Assembly (NCBI GenBank): GCA_013152945.1
Contig: JAADFL010000212.1
Location: forward strand, 7,064-71,063
Source of the DNA: Deltaproteobacteria bacterium
GTDB lineage: Bacteria > Myxococcota_A > JAADFL01
Reading direction: 5' to 3'
DNA: 64,000 nt
The translations under genes and the position numbers were made by a program. This document shows, piece by piece, positions 34,999-44,111 of the stretch (positions are counted from its first letter, which is position 1; each line of letters starts with the position of its first letter). A model generated the notes under the pieces. It made no database searches, was not told the origin of the DNA, and saw nothing but the letters and a program-made list of their open reading frames with translations.

Positions 34999-36176
34999 AG
35001 CAATCATCCAGCCGAAGAGCCGGGACCTTTATCAAGGCAGGCCTGGTCAGCGCGGTGCTCCTGGCCCTGCTCATTTTCAAGTTTACGGATATTCAAACCG
35101 TGGAGTCCGTATTTAGGACATTGAACTGGCGGGAGATCATGTTCGCGGCCTTTATGTACACCCTGGCACCTGTTGGAAGGACCCTGCGATTCGCCGTCCT
35201 GTTGCAAGTGAAGCCACATGCCTTGGGCCGCCTGTTCTGGGCGGTTTGCCTGCACCAGGCAGGTTTGAGACTGCTACCCGTTAGGACGGGAGAGGCAATC
35301 TTTCCCTACTTGTATTACAAGGCACTGGGTGAGCAGGCAGGACAGGGCGTGGTAGGGCTCATTTACTCGAGGCTTCTCGATTTTGCAGGTTTGGCCTGCA
35401 TCTTTCTCGCTTTCCTGGCAGTCACGGGCATGTCGGGCAGGGTGCCGTGGACCTGGCCTGCATGGGCAGTGCTCTTGTTCCTGGTAATGTCTATCATAGC
35501 AATCAGACTGCCATGGCTTCTCGGCGTGATATCGAAAATCCTGGGTCGCATGGGATCGAACAGGAAAAGCAGGACAAGATTCGTTTCCAAAATAATGTCC
35601 CTTTTGGACGAAAGCAGATCCGCTTCTCTGAAGATCAGGTCATGGCCGAGGCTTATGGGCGCATCGCTTGCTACCTTGCTCGTTTGGGCCGGTATCTTCG
35701 GCTGTTTCTGGTTCCTCATGAGGCCTTATCATGTCTCTGTTCAGAACGTGGTGTTCGGCGGCACGGCTGCATCCATTGCCGGTTCTGTGCCTGCGGGTGG
35801 AATCGGCAATTTCGGAACCCAGGAAGCAGGATGGACACTGGGTTTTTCCCTGGCCGGTATCTTGCCGGGCCTGGCCTTGGCCACTGGCTTGATGGTCAAC
35901 CTCTTTACTCTGGCCGTAACTCTCGTACTGGCCGTTTTATGTCTTGCAGTAGTCCGTTCATCGTGGAGACAGTGGAAAGAATCACCTCTTGGAAGCGAGA
36001 ATCAAGATCCAGGGGATCACGAGCCTGATATCTTGGGGCTCGAAGAACGTCTTGAGAATACCGAGGATCCGGCCGGGGGTGAAATGCTGCACGTGACCGG
36101 GGGTGTTTCCAAGGTCGAAGACGTACCTGCCCCTAAGGACATTGCCGATTCTCCAGATAGGCTCGAACGGGACTGA
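34995..36176 (+). CDS. Lysylphosphatidylglycerol-synthase-TM-like (flippase-like, UPF0104) membrane protein
   Basis: TTG start in a TTGA overlap with the upstream stop. The N-terminal pattern FIKAGLVSAVLLALLIFKF...TLAPVGRTLRFAVLL and about 8 TM helices fit the family. The acidic C-terminal tail runs antisense into the convergent methyltransferase gene. Confidence 0.55.
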   Translation: MKQSSSRRAGTFIKAGLVSAVLLALLIFKFTDIQTVESVFRTLNWREIMFAAFMYTLAPVGRTLRFAVLLQVKPHALGRLFWAVCLHQAGLRLLPVRTGEAIFPYLYYKALGEQAGQGVVGLIYSRLLDFAGLACIFLAFLAVTGMSGRVPWTWPAWAVLLFLVMSIIAIRLPWLLGVISKILGRMGSNRKSRTRFVSKIMSLLDESRSASLKIRSWPRLMGASLATLLVWAGIFGCFWFLMRPYHVSVQNVVFGGTAASIAGSVPAGGIGNFGTQEAGWTLGFSLAGILPGLALATGLMVNLFTLAVTLVLAVLCLAVVRSSWRQWKESPLGSENQDPGDHEPDILGLEERLENTEDPAGGEMLHVTGGVSKVEDVPAPKDIADSPDRLERD

Positions 36177-36620
36177 AATCAGCAGGTGACCCCTGCTTAT
36201 CCTAAAAGCCTCCTTTAGGGCCAGGCTCGGCTTTTCAAGGTGTTCCAAGACTTCGCAGGCCAGGACCAAATCGAAAGACTGATCTTTCAGCGCCAGCCTG
36301 GTCGCATCCATTGCAGCCCATTGAATTCCAGGCATGGCCCTTCCCGGTTTTAAGTCGGTGGCCAGGAACAATCCCGTGCGATCAGGCAGGAACTCAACCA
36401 TCCGCGCGGCAAGATATCCCTCTCCTGCGCCCAACTCCACTATGGACTCGGGCTTAAAACCTGTGCACATTTCTTTCAAGGCGCCAAGGTATCTCTTGAC
36501 CATGAACCGTTCAAGGGGAGAGCCTGCATTGTACTTGTCGTAGATATTCCCGAAAGGGATCGAATTTGGAGCTTTCAAATCATAATCCCCCTGAAGCAAG
36601 CATGGTGAAGAACAATGCAA
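35982..36620 (-). CDS. Class I SAM-dependent methyltransferase
   Basis: Motif I VELGAGEGYLAARM, post-I FLATDL, and a later ACEVLEHL motif. It uses a TTG start. Confidence 0.8.
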   Translation of the reverse strand: MHCSSPCLLQGDYDLKAPNSIPFGNIYDKYNAGSPLERFMVKRYLGALKEMCTGFKPESIVELGAGEGYLAARMVEFLPDRTGLFLATDLKPGRAMPGIQWAAMDATRLALKDQSFDLVLACEVLEHLEKPSLALKEAFRISRGHLLISVPFEPIWRIGNVLRGRYVFDLGNTPGHVQHFTPGRILGILKTFFEPQDIRLVIPWILILASKR

Positions 36621-36726
36621 TTATAATATCATGCTAATCGGCCGGCCTGATTTACTCAAGTATTTTTATGGACTGCGGGGATTGAAAAATCCGGCATAGC
36701 AGAATAATAACATGTAACCCGTTGTC

Positions 36727-37728
36727 ATGAACGCCTCTACTGGTTTACTCTGCAAAGGGAAAGGAGCGTCCATATTGCCCGGCCGTAAAATCACGTATGG
36801 AAAAGATATCGGACTTTCAGCCGCCAAGTGGCTGGTCCCGGTGTTTTTCCTGGTGTGGCTGTATTGCACAATCTCGTACCCGGCCAGGCTGAACGGCCTA
36901 CCTGAAGCTGTTGACTATAAAGAACTCGAGCAAGTCTTGAGAAAAGAATTCAAGCCCGGAGACTGCGTATCACTGGCGCCTTTTTGGGCCGAGAGGGCAA
37001 GGCTTTACATTGGTGACATGAACATTCTCGGCCTTAGAAATACCACAAGACAAGACTTGCTTGCTTGCAAGCGGATTTTCCTGGTCGGAGTTTTCAAGGA
37101 TGATGCATCAAGGGAACGAAAAAAGATCGAATCCATGTCTTTTGCAAAAAGAAAATGGAGCCGGCCCGTGGGCAGGTTATCGCTTGACCTTTTCGACCTT
37201 TCTTCAAGGAGCACCCAGACGGTTTTTGACTTCAGGAAACACATTAAAGATGCCGGTGTGTGGATAGAAAAGGGATCCGGCAAAACAGCATGTGACAGGT
37301 ACGAAAACAGGCAGTGGAAATGCCCCGGTCCGGAGTGGAACTATGTCGGCGATCTGACAACAGACATGGATAGAAATCCAAGGCGCTGCATATGGGCTCA
37401 TCCTGTCCAGGGAGGAACACTCAAGATAAGGTTCGACAACGTGCCCATGGGGGAGTCCATCCAGGGAAGGCACGGCATTGCTCTTTCAGGACTCGGGCAA
37501 AATCCCTCGGATGTTATCTTAAGAATCTCGATAGACGGAGAAAGGCAGGCCGAGTTCGCAGCTCATGACGTGCTTGGGTACTTTTCATTCAAGCTGGATA
37601 CGGGGCGATTCAAAGGGAGCCTGCACCAGGTTGAATTCTCTGTGTCAACCAAGAACAATGGTGCAAGGCATTACTGTTTCGAGGCCTACACAATCGAGAA
37701 GAAAATCAGTCCGGGAGCCGGGTCATGA
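36727..37728 (+). CDS. Membrane-anchored extracytoplasmic protein of unknown function, coupled to the GT39 gene
   Basis: 333 aa with one TM (WLVPVFFLVWLYCTISY) and a Cys-containing soluble domain (CDRYENRQWKCPGPEW...RRCIWAHP). Its stop overlaps the next ATG (ATGA at 37725-37728). Confidence 0.55.
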   Translation: MNASTGLLCKGKGASILPGRKITYGKDIGLSAAKWLVPVFFLVWLYCTISYPARLNGLPEAVDYKELEQVLRKEFKPGDCVSLAPFWAERARLYIGDMNILGLRNTTRQDLLACKRIFLVGVFKDDASRERKKIESMSFAKRKWSRPVGRLSLDLFDLSSRSTQTVFDFRKHIKDAGVWIEKGSGKTACDRYENRQWKCPGPEWNYVGDLTTDMDRNPRRCIWAHPVQGGTLKIRFDNVPMGESIQGRHGIALSGLGQNPSDVILRISIDGERQAEFAAHDVLGYFSFKLDTGRFKGSLHQVEFSVSTKNNGARHYCFEAYTIEKKISPGAGS

Positions 37729-39431
37729 ATCCAAATGGAAAAAGTTTTCATCATATTTTTTTCAAAAAACAGGTGATTGCCGGTTCTGTTCTATCGATTG
37801 TTTTGCTCTTTGCCCTGGTCCTCACAAGCCGCGACATAGGCTTTGTCCGCGACGAAGGGTATTATTTCAAGGCGTCCGGGGATTACCTTGCATGGTTTTC
37901 GAGCATAGCCGATCTCATGGGCACCAAGAGATGGAAGCAACCCTTTTCAGACCAGGAGATAACAAGGCAATGGAGTTACAACTCCGAGCATCCTGCCCTG
38001 GTCAAGGAGATGCAGGCATTAACGTTCTGGCTGTTCAAGCGCAAGCTGAACCTGTTCAACAACAGCACATCTTTCAGGCTTGGAAGTATGTTGTTCTCCA
38101 TCGTATTGTGCCTCGCCCTGTTCGGACTCGGCAGCCGCATATACAACACCAGGGTGGGTATAATGGCTGTCATCCTGCTCTTTACAATGCCCAGGGTCTT
38201 TTTTCATGCCCATCTTGCCTGTTTCGATGTGCCGATTACTGCAATGACCGTGCTCGTGGCATATGCGTATTACAGGGCAAGGAAGGAACCGAGGTGGGTA
38301 CTGTACACAGGCATCTTCTTCGGCCTGGCAGTGGCAACCAAACATAATGGGTGGTTCCTGTTACCCACGTTGGCCCTTTGGTGGCTTATCGAGGGGGGGA
38401 TAATACAAAGAAAAGGAACCGGCCGTTTCAGCCTGCCGCCTGTGCCGCTTGCGCTCATCTCGATGGCGCTGCTCGGTCCAATCATCTTCCTGGCCCATTG
38501 GCCCTGGCTCTGGCATCATACGTGGGAAAGGATAGTTGGATATTTTTCTTTTCACCTCCACCATGTAAGCTACCCCGTGGAGTACTTCGGCAAGATATTA
38601 TCCAAACCGCCTTTTCCGTTTTCGTTTCCTTTTGTAATGAGCGCCCTTACGGTTCCGGCCCTTACGTTGTTCCTGGCCTTGCTTGGAGTGTTGTTCGTGT
38701 GCATTCGCTTTTTCGAGCATTTCAGTCCAAGACCGCATGCCACGTATTTAATGCGGGAGCAGGAAAGCAAAGAACTCGCCGGCGGTTTTTTTATTATACT
38801 AAACTGTATAGTGCCTTTCCTGATAATCGCTGTTCCGTCCATTCCAATCTTCGGCGGAGTCAAGCACTGGCTGCCTGCAATGCCATTCCTCGCCCTGCTT
38901 GCGGCAAAAGGTATGGACATGTTGTTTCGCGCGGCCATGGCAATGCTCTCAAGGCCCGGAAAAAAAATGATGGCATCCGCATATATCCTGATGGGGGGGC
39001 TGGCCGCCATGCCTGCTGTGATCGGCACATGGTTGTACCTGGACAACGGCACAGCCTTCTACAATGAAATCGCAGGTGGCGCCAAGGGAGGGGCCGAGCT
39101 TGGAATGATGAGGCAATTCTGGGGTTATGCATCCATGCAGGCCATGCCGTGGCTCAACAGGAATGCAACCAAGGGTGCGAGGGTGCACTTTCACAATACG
39201 AACTGGGACAGCGTGAGAATGTATAAAAGAGACAACCTGCTGCGAAAGGACATCAAACAAGCGGACAAGCTGGAAAACGCGGACTACTTCCTGTTTCACA
39301 ACCAAGCGCCTATGTTGGCGGATGAGTACCACTGCTGGTCGAGTTTCAGGACGGAAAAACCGGTCTTTGGCGTATACAAAGAAGAAGCGCCTATACTTGT
39401 GGTATACAAGAGGACCGAAAAACCAAACTAG
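37725..39431 (+). CDS. Glycosyltransferase family 39 (ArnT/PMT-like, GT-C) membrane protein
   Basis: 568 aa and polytopic. It has the first-loop acidic motif RDEGYYFKA characteristic of PMT/ArnT-type GT-C enzymes, and a soluble C-terminal domain. Confidence 0.75.
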   Translation: MNPNGKSFHHIFFKKQVIAGSVLSIVLLFALVLTSRDIGFVRDEGYYFKASGDYLAWFSSIADLMGTKRWKQPFSDQEITRQWSYNSEHPALVKEMQALTFWLFKRKLNLFNNSTSFRLGSMLFSIVLCLALFGLGSRIYNTRVGIMAVILLFTMPRVFFHAHLACFDVPITAMTVLVAYAYYRARKEPRWVLYTGIFFGLAVATKHNGWFLLPTLALWWLIEGGIIQRKGTGRFSLPPVPLALISMALLGPIIFLAHWPWLWHHTWERIVGYFSFHLHHVSYPVEYFGKILSKPPFPFSFPFVMSALTVPALTLFLALLGVLFVCIRFFEHFSPRPHATYLMREQESKELAGGFFIILNCIVPFLIIAVPSIPIFGGVKHWLPAMPFLALLAAKGMDMLFRAAMAMLSRPGKKMMASAYILMGGLAAMPAVIGTWLYLDNGTAFYNEIAGGAKGGAELGMMRQFWGYASMQAMPWLNRNATKGARVHFHNTNWDSVRMYKRDNLLRKDIKQADKLENADYFLFHNQAPMLADEYHCWSSFRTEKPVFGVYKEEAPILVVYKRTEKPN

Positions 39432-40165
39432 TTTCGGGCTTTATTTACAGATATAACGGCAAAAACAATAAAAAGCGGAGCTAATCCAGCCAGTATCAGG
39501 TAGTTGCCGGCCTCCGGCATTACGCCGAAGGCTGATGCCCGGATAGCGTCGGATGCATGGGTGAGTGGTAGAAACCAGAGAATTTTTTGAGCCCATTCTG
39601 GAAGGTGCTCAACAGGGAAAAAGGTTCCGCCCAAAAATGCCATGGGTGTAATGACGAAACTGGTCATCATTGCTTGGTCTGCATGGGACTTTATGAGCAT
39701 CGCAAGACCTACTGCCAGGGCTGCGAAAACCAGGCTGTTTAGCAGGAAGGCCAGCCAAAAAAGAGGGTTGTACGAGAGAACCACGCCGAACAGTGCGCCC
39801 AGTACGAGAATTACGCAGCCAGCAAGAAGGGCACGGGTCATTCCGGCCAGCACCTCTCCAAAAACATAGGCTGTATTGCTGATGGGTGCAGCCTGAAACT
39901 CTTCGAAGATATGCCAGTAGAACCGGGCGATGTTGATCTCACTGCCGATGGCAAAGGACTGGGTCATGCTGGTCATGGCTACAAGCCCGGGAATAAGAAA
40001 CTCTAAATAGGTATGCCCTTGAACGACAACCCCCTTTCCCATCGCATAGCCGAATGCAATGAGATAAAGCAGTGGTGAAACAGACCAAGCGCTTATCAGC
40101 TTGAAAAAGCGCCGCCGCAATATCAGCATTTCCCGGAAATAAATTGCAGACCAACCACGTATCAT
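39428..40165 (-). CDS. ABC-2 type transporter permease
   Basis: 245 aa with 6 TM helices. It overlaps the upstream ATPase gene by 4 nt. Confidence 0.75.
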   Translation of the reverse strand: MIRGWSAIYFREMLILRRRFFKLISAWSVSPLLYLIAFGYAMGKGVVVQGHTYLEFLIPGLVAMTSMTQSFAIGSEINIARFYWHIFEEFQAAPISNTAYVFGEVLAGMTRALLAGCVILVLGALFGVVLSYNPLFWLAFLLNSLVFAALAVGLAMLIKSHADQAMMTSFVITPMAFLGGTFFPVEHLPEWAQKILWFLPLTHASDAIRASAFGVMPEAGNYLILAGLAPLFIVFAVISVNKARN

Positions 40166-41007
40166 CCGACTTTTTTCCCTGTTTTGGCAAGAAATGCATC
40201 CTCCAGGTTCACCCTGCGCAATGTAAACTCACCCTCATGGACAGAGGCCCATTTCTCGGCCTCCAGCCGTGTTTGAAAATAGAAAGACCGTATATGCTTT
40301 GATTGAAGGGTGTCTATGGCCCATTCACCGATTTGGGACATTAGATGGGCCGGCTTATCCTCGGTCACAATACTTCCTGCATCCAGGAAGGCTACCCGAT
40401 CCGCCAAGAATTCAGCCTCCTCGATGTAATGGGTAGTAAGGAAGACCGTGGCTCCTTCACCCTTGACCTTCTTAATAACGCCCCAAAGGCTCCTCCGAAT
40501 GGCAGGGTCGAGTCCCACACTCGGTTCGTCCAGGAAAAGGACCTTTGGCCGGTGTAAAAGCGCTCTTGCGATAAGGAGCCTCCGTTTCTGCCCGCCCGAG
40601 AGTCTTTTCACTAAAGTCTTGCGCCGGTCGATCAGCCCTATGTAGTCGAGCAATTCATCGATCCGGAGCTTAATCTCTTGCCTTGCCATGCCATACAGCC
40701 ATCCGTGGATAACAAGGTTTTCTTGCACGGAAAGATCTGCATCCAGATTCGTGTGTTGTGGCACAAGGCCGAATTGGGCCTTGTATTCCAAGGGATTGTC
40801 ATTAATAGAATAACCGTTCAGCCGTGCGATTCCATCATCGCTCCGGGTGAGACCGGTTAGTATTCGTATGGTGGTGGTCTTGCCGGCGCCGTTTGGGCCA
40901 AGATAACTGTAAATTTCGCCCGGTTCGACCCTAAAGGAGACACCAGCCAAGGCGGTATGACTGTTGAATTTCTTTTGCAGGTTGGCTACCTCAATCATGT
41001 ATGTCAT
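40162..41007 (-). CDS. ABC transporter ATP-binding protein (ABC-2/DrrA-like)
   Basis: Walker A GPNGAGKTT, signature LSGGQKRRL, Walker B VLFLDEPSVGLD. Confidence 0.9.
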   Translation of the reverse strand: MTYMIEVANLQKKFNSHTALAGVSFRVEPGEIYSYLGPNGAGKTTTIRILTGLTRSDDGIARLNGYSINDNPLEYKAQFGLVPQHTNLDADLSVQENLVIHGWLYGMARQEIKLRIDELLDYIGLIDRRKTLVKRLSGGQKRRLLIARALLHRPKVLFLDEPSVGLDPAIRRSLWGVIKKVKGEGATVFLTTHYIEEAEFLADRVAFLDAGSIVTEDKPAHLMSQIGEWAIDTLQSKHIRSFYFQTRLEAEKWASVHEGEFTLRRVNLEDAFLAKTGKKVG

Positions 41008-41021
41008 CTCTTAAGTCCGGT

Positions 41022-42071
41022 TCATTCTGCTTCCCGCCTGAATTCCTTGATCTTTTTAGCATTGTCACCGATCTCCATCAGAGGCCTGCGACGCATTCTG
41101 TGGGGCAGGGCCATTTCGGCCGCGGTTTCTATGTCGCTCTTTTCCACCTTTTCGCGTTGAGAGAAAGCGGCCAGGGCCTTGGCCGCCTTCATCATGATAA
41201 TGTCTCCACGGTGGCCGTCCACGCCGACCTCGAGGCAAAAGTCAGCAATATTAAAAAGCTGGTCCCGTTCGATCACCACCTTTGGATAGAGTCTGCGGGC
41301 AATCTCGATCCTGTCCGATAGTTCCCTGGATTTTTTGGCCCATCGGGCTGCGAAACCAGTCGAATCCTCATCAAAGGCCACGCGCCTCTCCATGACCTCA
41401 ACCCTGTCATTTCGATCCATGATGCCCTCAACATGAACGGAAAGGCCGAACCGATCAAGAAGCTGGGGCCTAAGCTCTCCCTCCTCCGGGTTCATGGTGC
41501 CTACCAGTACGAAGCGTGCCGGGTGCGAGAATGAAACGCCTTCCCGTTCTATGGTATTGAATCCCATGGCAGCGGCATCGAGAAGGATATCTACGACATG
41601 GTCGTCAAGAAGATTCACCTCATCCACGTACAGGATTCCCCTATGGGCTGCGGCCAAAAGCCCCGGTTCGATTTGTTTTTCTCCTTTCTTTATTGCATGC
41701 TCCAGGTTTAATGTGCCTACTACACGGTCTTCAGTAGCGCCGACAGGCAGTTCCACCACCCGAATATGACGACGAAATATACCCTCTGTTTTGTCGCCGC
41801 CAAGCCGTTTTTCCCGGCAATCAAGCCGGAAGCATTCCCGGCAGAGGCCGACACCGTCATCCGGGGCCAACTGGAAGGGGCAGCCCTCGATCACTTCGAT
41901 CTCAGGCAGTATATCGGCAAGGGCCCGTACAGCAGTGGATTTCGCTGTCCCTTTTTCCCCTCGAATCAGTACTCCTGAAATGGTGGGATTAATCAGGTTG
42001 AGATATAAAGCCAGTTTCATTTTCTCTTGACCCACGATGGCTGCAAACGGATAAATGCTTTGATGGCTCAT
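41022..42071 (-). CDS. ChlI/BchI-like AAA+ chelatase ATPase subunit
   Basis: N-terminus [40 protein letters not shown], Walker [11 protein letters not shown], and a Cys-rich insertion (EGCPFQL...[10 protein letters not shown]). Confidence 0.85.
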   Translation of the reverse strand: MSHQSIYPFAAIVGQEKMKLALYLNLINPTISGVLIRGEKGTAKSTAVRALADILPEIEVIEGCPFQLAPDDGVGLCRECFRLDCREKRLGGDKTEGIFRRHIRVVELPVGATEDRVVGTLNLEHAIKKGEKQIEPGLLAAAHRGILYVDEVNLLDDHVVDILLDAAAMGFNTIEREGVSFSHPARFVLVGTMNPEEGELRPQLLDRFGLSVHVEGIMDRNDRVEVMERRVAFDEDSTGFAARWAKKSRELSDRIEIARRLYPKVVIERDQLFNIADFCLEVGVDGHRGDIIMMKAAKALAAFSQREKVEKSDIETAAEMALPHRMRRRPLMEIGDNAKKIKEFRREAE

Positions 42072-42089
42072 GTTAATCTCCTTGAAAGA

Positions 42090-44111
42090 TTACTCTTGTT
42101 TGACCAGCCCCACCAGGGTATCCGCCTTCAGCCCTTCTGTCTGAAAGTAACGGGCGCCCAGTGCCTCGGCTATCTTTCCGGCCATGCCGAAACGGACGAG
42201 TCCCTGTTCCTCGGTGTCCACAACAATGAAACGGACCCGCTTATCCGGGCCCAGGTGATGTGCAATTTCTATACACTCGTCCATAGGTTTGCCTCTGTTG
42301 AGGGAAACATTGCTCCGGCCGTCGGTAATGAGTACCACGATGGGCCTTGATGTTGGATCACGGACGAACTGGGAACGCAAAAGGTCGCCGGTCTTGACCA
42401 GAGCGGAATTGAGCGGGGTCCGGCCGCCAACCGGCAGTTCGGTGAGCATGCGGGCAGCTATGTCGATGGACGAGGTTGGCGGAAGAGCAAGTTTGGCCTC
42501 TGCCTTGTTAAAAGAGATCATAGCCACCTTGTCCCTTTTCTGGTACGCGTCAAGAAGAAGAGACATGATCGCCCCTTTGGTGGCTACCATTCTCCCGCGT
42601 GCTCCCATGGAGCCGCTGGCATCCACTACAAAAAGCAGAAAATTACCCAACCGCCTCTCACGGATCTTTATCCGGATATCCTGGGGCTCGATGGCAATGG
42701 CACAGGCGCTTCGGCGCCCACGCTGATGAGGAGCCGCAGCCCTAAGGGTGGCGTCCAGGGCCACATCTGTTGAACCCCGGGGCAAGGTGCTCATGACATA
42801 GCGTCCATTAAGGCCGTTTACACGGCTGCGGGAACGACGGCCCGAACCGCGGCGGAAAACCCGGTCCTTGGTCATCGAAAAGGGTTTAACCCTGAAGGTG
42901 GCTCCTACCTCGAAAATCTTTTGCAGTGTCTCGGGATTGACCGGAGTTTCAGACTCTTTGTTTTTTTCCGGATTTTCAACCGGCTTTTCACAGGTGTTGT
43001 TGCCCTCATTTTCTCGGGATTTGGGGGCAGGAGCTGGTCCTGACTTTTGCTCCGGCTTTTTATTTTTTTCTTGGTCAGTTTCTTCCGGCCGGTTCCGATC
43101 ATGGGGCCGGCCGTGATTCTCCTCTTCTTCTTTGTCCTGCGCTTGAGGGGGCGAAGCTTCCCGTTGCCTGTGGAGCAGGACCATATGCGCCACCCGTAGA
43201 ATATCCTCCTTTGTCACCTCGGTCCGTTCCGAAAAGGCTGTAAGTGCCCGGGCCGCCTGCTCCATGACAAGATCGGCCCGGTGGCCGGCCACCCGGGCTT
43301 CAGCGCATACCTCGCCTATCAAAACCCGCAGGTGGCCCGAGATTAGCACCTTGGACAAAAGTAGGCGGGCGCGCAATATGCGTTCTCTCAAAGTACGTAC
43401 CTCACTATCGAACCGATTGACATAATCTGAAGGATTTTCATCAAAGGCATCACGCCGTTCCATGGTAATAACCCGCGCTCTGCGATCTTTTTCCGCCTTT
43501 ACCTCAACACAGAGTCCGAACCGGTCCAGGAACTGCGGACGAATTTCTCCTTCCTCGGGATTCATGGTGCCGATGAGAATAAAATGTGCAGGATGGGAAA
43601 AGGATACCCCCTCGCGCTCGATAGTGTTGACACCGGATGCAGCCGCCGAAAGTATAATATCCACTATGTGATCGTCCAAAAGGTTGACCTCATCCACGTA
43701 AAGTATGCCATGGTTGCAACGGGCAAGGAGTCCGGGAAGGATTTTTCGTTGGCCCGTGCGAATGGTCTTTTCAAAATCGATCCCTCCAACCACGCGATCC
43801 TCGGTGGCGTTCAGGGGCAAGGTCACTACCTGCACAGGCCGTCGAACCGCAGGTCTTCTTCCTTCACAAAGCCTGCAGCCCTTGCAGAATCCATCCGTTT
43901 CTTCAGTCCCCAGGGAGAAGAAACATCCTTCAAGGACTTCGATCTCCGGTAACAAGGCGGCCAGGGCCCGCACTGCAGTGGACTTGGCCGTGCCCTTTTC
44001 CCCACGAATCAACACTCCCTCCACCCGAGGATTAACGGCATTCAAGAGCAGCGCAAGTTTCAGTTCTTCCTGGCCGACGATTGCAGGGAAGGGGAATGTA
44101 TCAATGCTCAT
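42090..44111 (-). CDS. ChlD/BchD-like chelatase subunit (AAA+ N-domain, acidic/Pro linker, C-terminal vWA)
   Basis: The N-terminus parallels the ChlI-like protein (FPFPAIVGQEELKLALLLNAVNP...[10 protein letters not shown]). The C-terminal vWA domain has the MIDAS motif FVVDASGSMG. Confidence 0.8.
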   Translation of the reverse strand: MSIDTFPFPAIVGQEELKLALLLNAVNPRVEGVLIRGEKGTAKSTAVRALAALLPEIEVLEGCFFSLGTEETDGFCKGCRLCEGRRPAVRRPVQVVTLPLNATEDRVVGGIDFEKTIRTGQRKILPGLLARCNHGILYVDEVNLLDDHIVDIILSAAASGVNTIEREGVSFSHPAHFILIGTMNPEEGEIRPQFLDRFGLCVEVKAEKDRRARVITMERRDAFDENPSDYVNRFDSEVRTLRERILRARLLLSKVLISGHLRVLIGEVCAEARVAGHRADLVMEQAARALTAFSERTEVTKEDILRVAHMVLLHRQREASPPQAQDKEEEENHGRPHDRNRPEETDQEKNKKPEQKSGPAPAPKSRENEGNNTCEKPVENPEKNKESETPVNPETLQKIFEVGATFRVKPFSMTKDRVFRRGSGRRSRSRVNGLNGRYVMSTLPRGSTDVALDATLRAAAPHQRGRRSACAIAIEPQDIRIKIRERRLGNFLLFVVDASGSMGARGRMVATKGAIMSLLLDAYQKRDKVAMISFNKAEAKLALPPTSSIDIAARMLTELPVGGRTPLNSALVKTGDLLRSQFVRDPTSRPIVVLITDGRSNVSLNRGKPMDECIEIAHHLGPDKRVRFIVVDTEEQGLVRFGMAGKIAEALGARYFQTEGLKADTLVGLVKQE

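Noticed and set aside
39428-39431. The convergent GT39 gene and ABC-2 permease gene share the palindrome CTAG, giving TAG stops on both strands in a 4-nt overlap.
   Set aside because: The overlap is real but trivial. It is a compact convergent junction with no additional structure, and I could not identify a terminator hairpin on either side.
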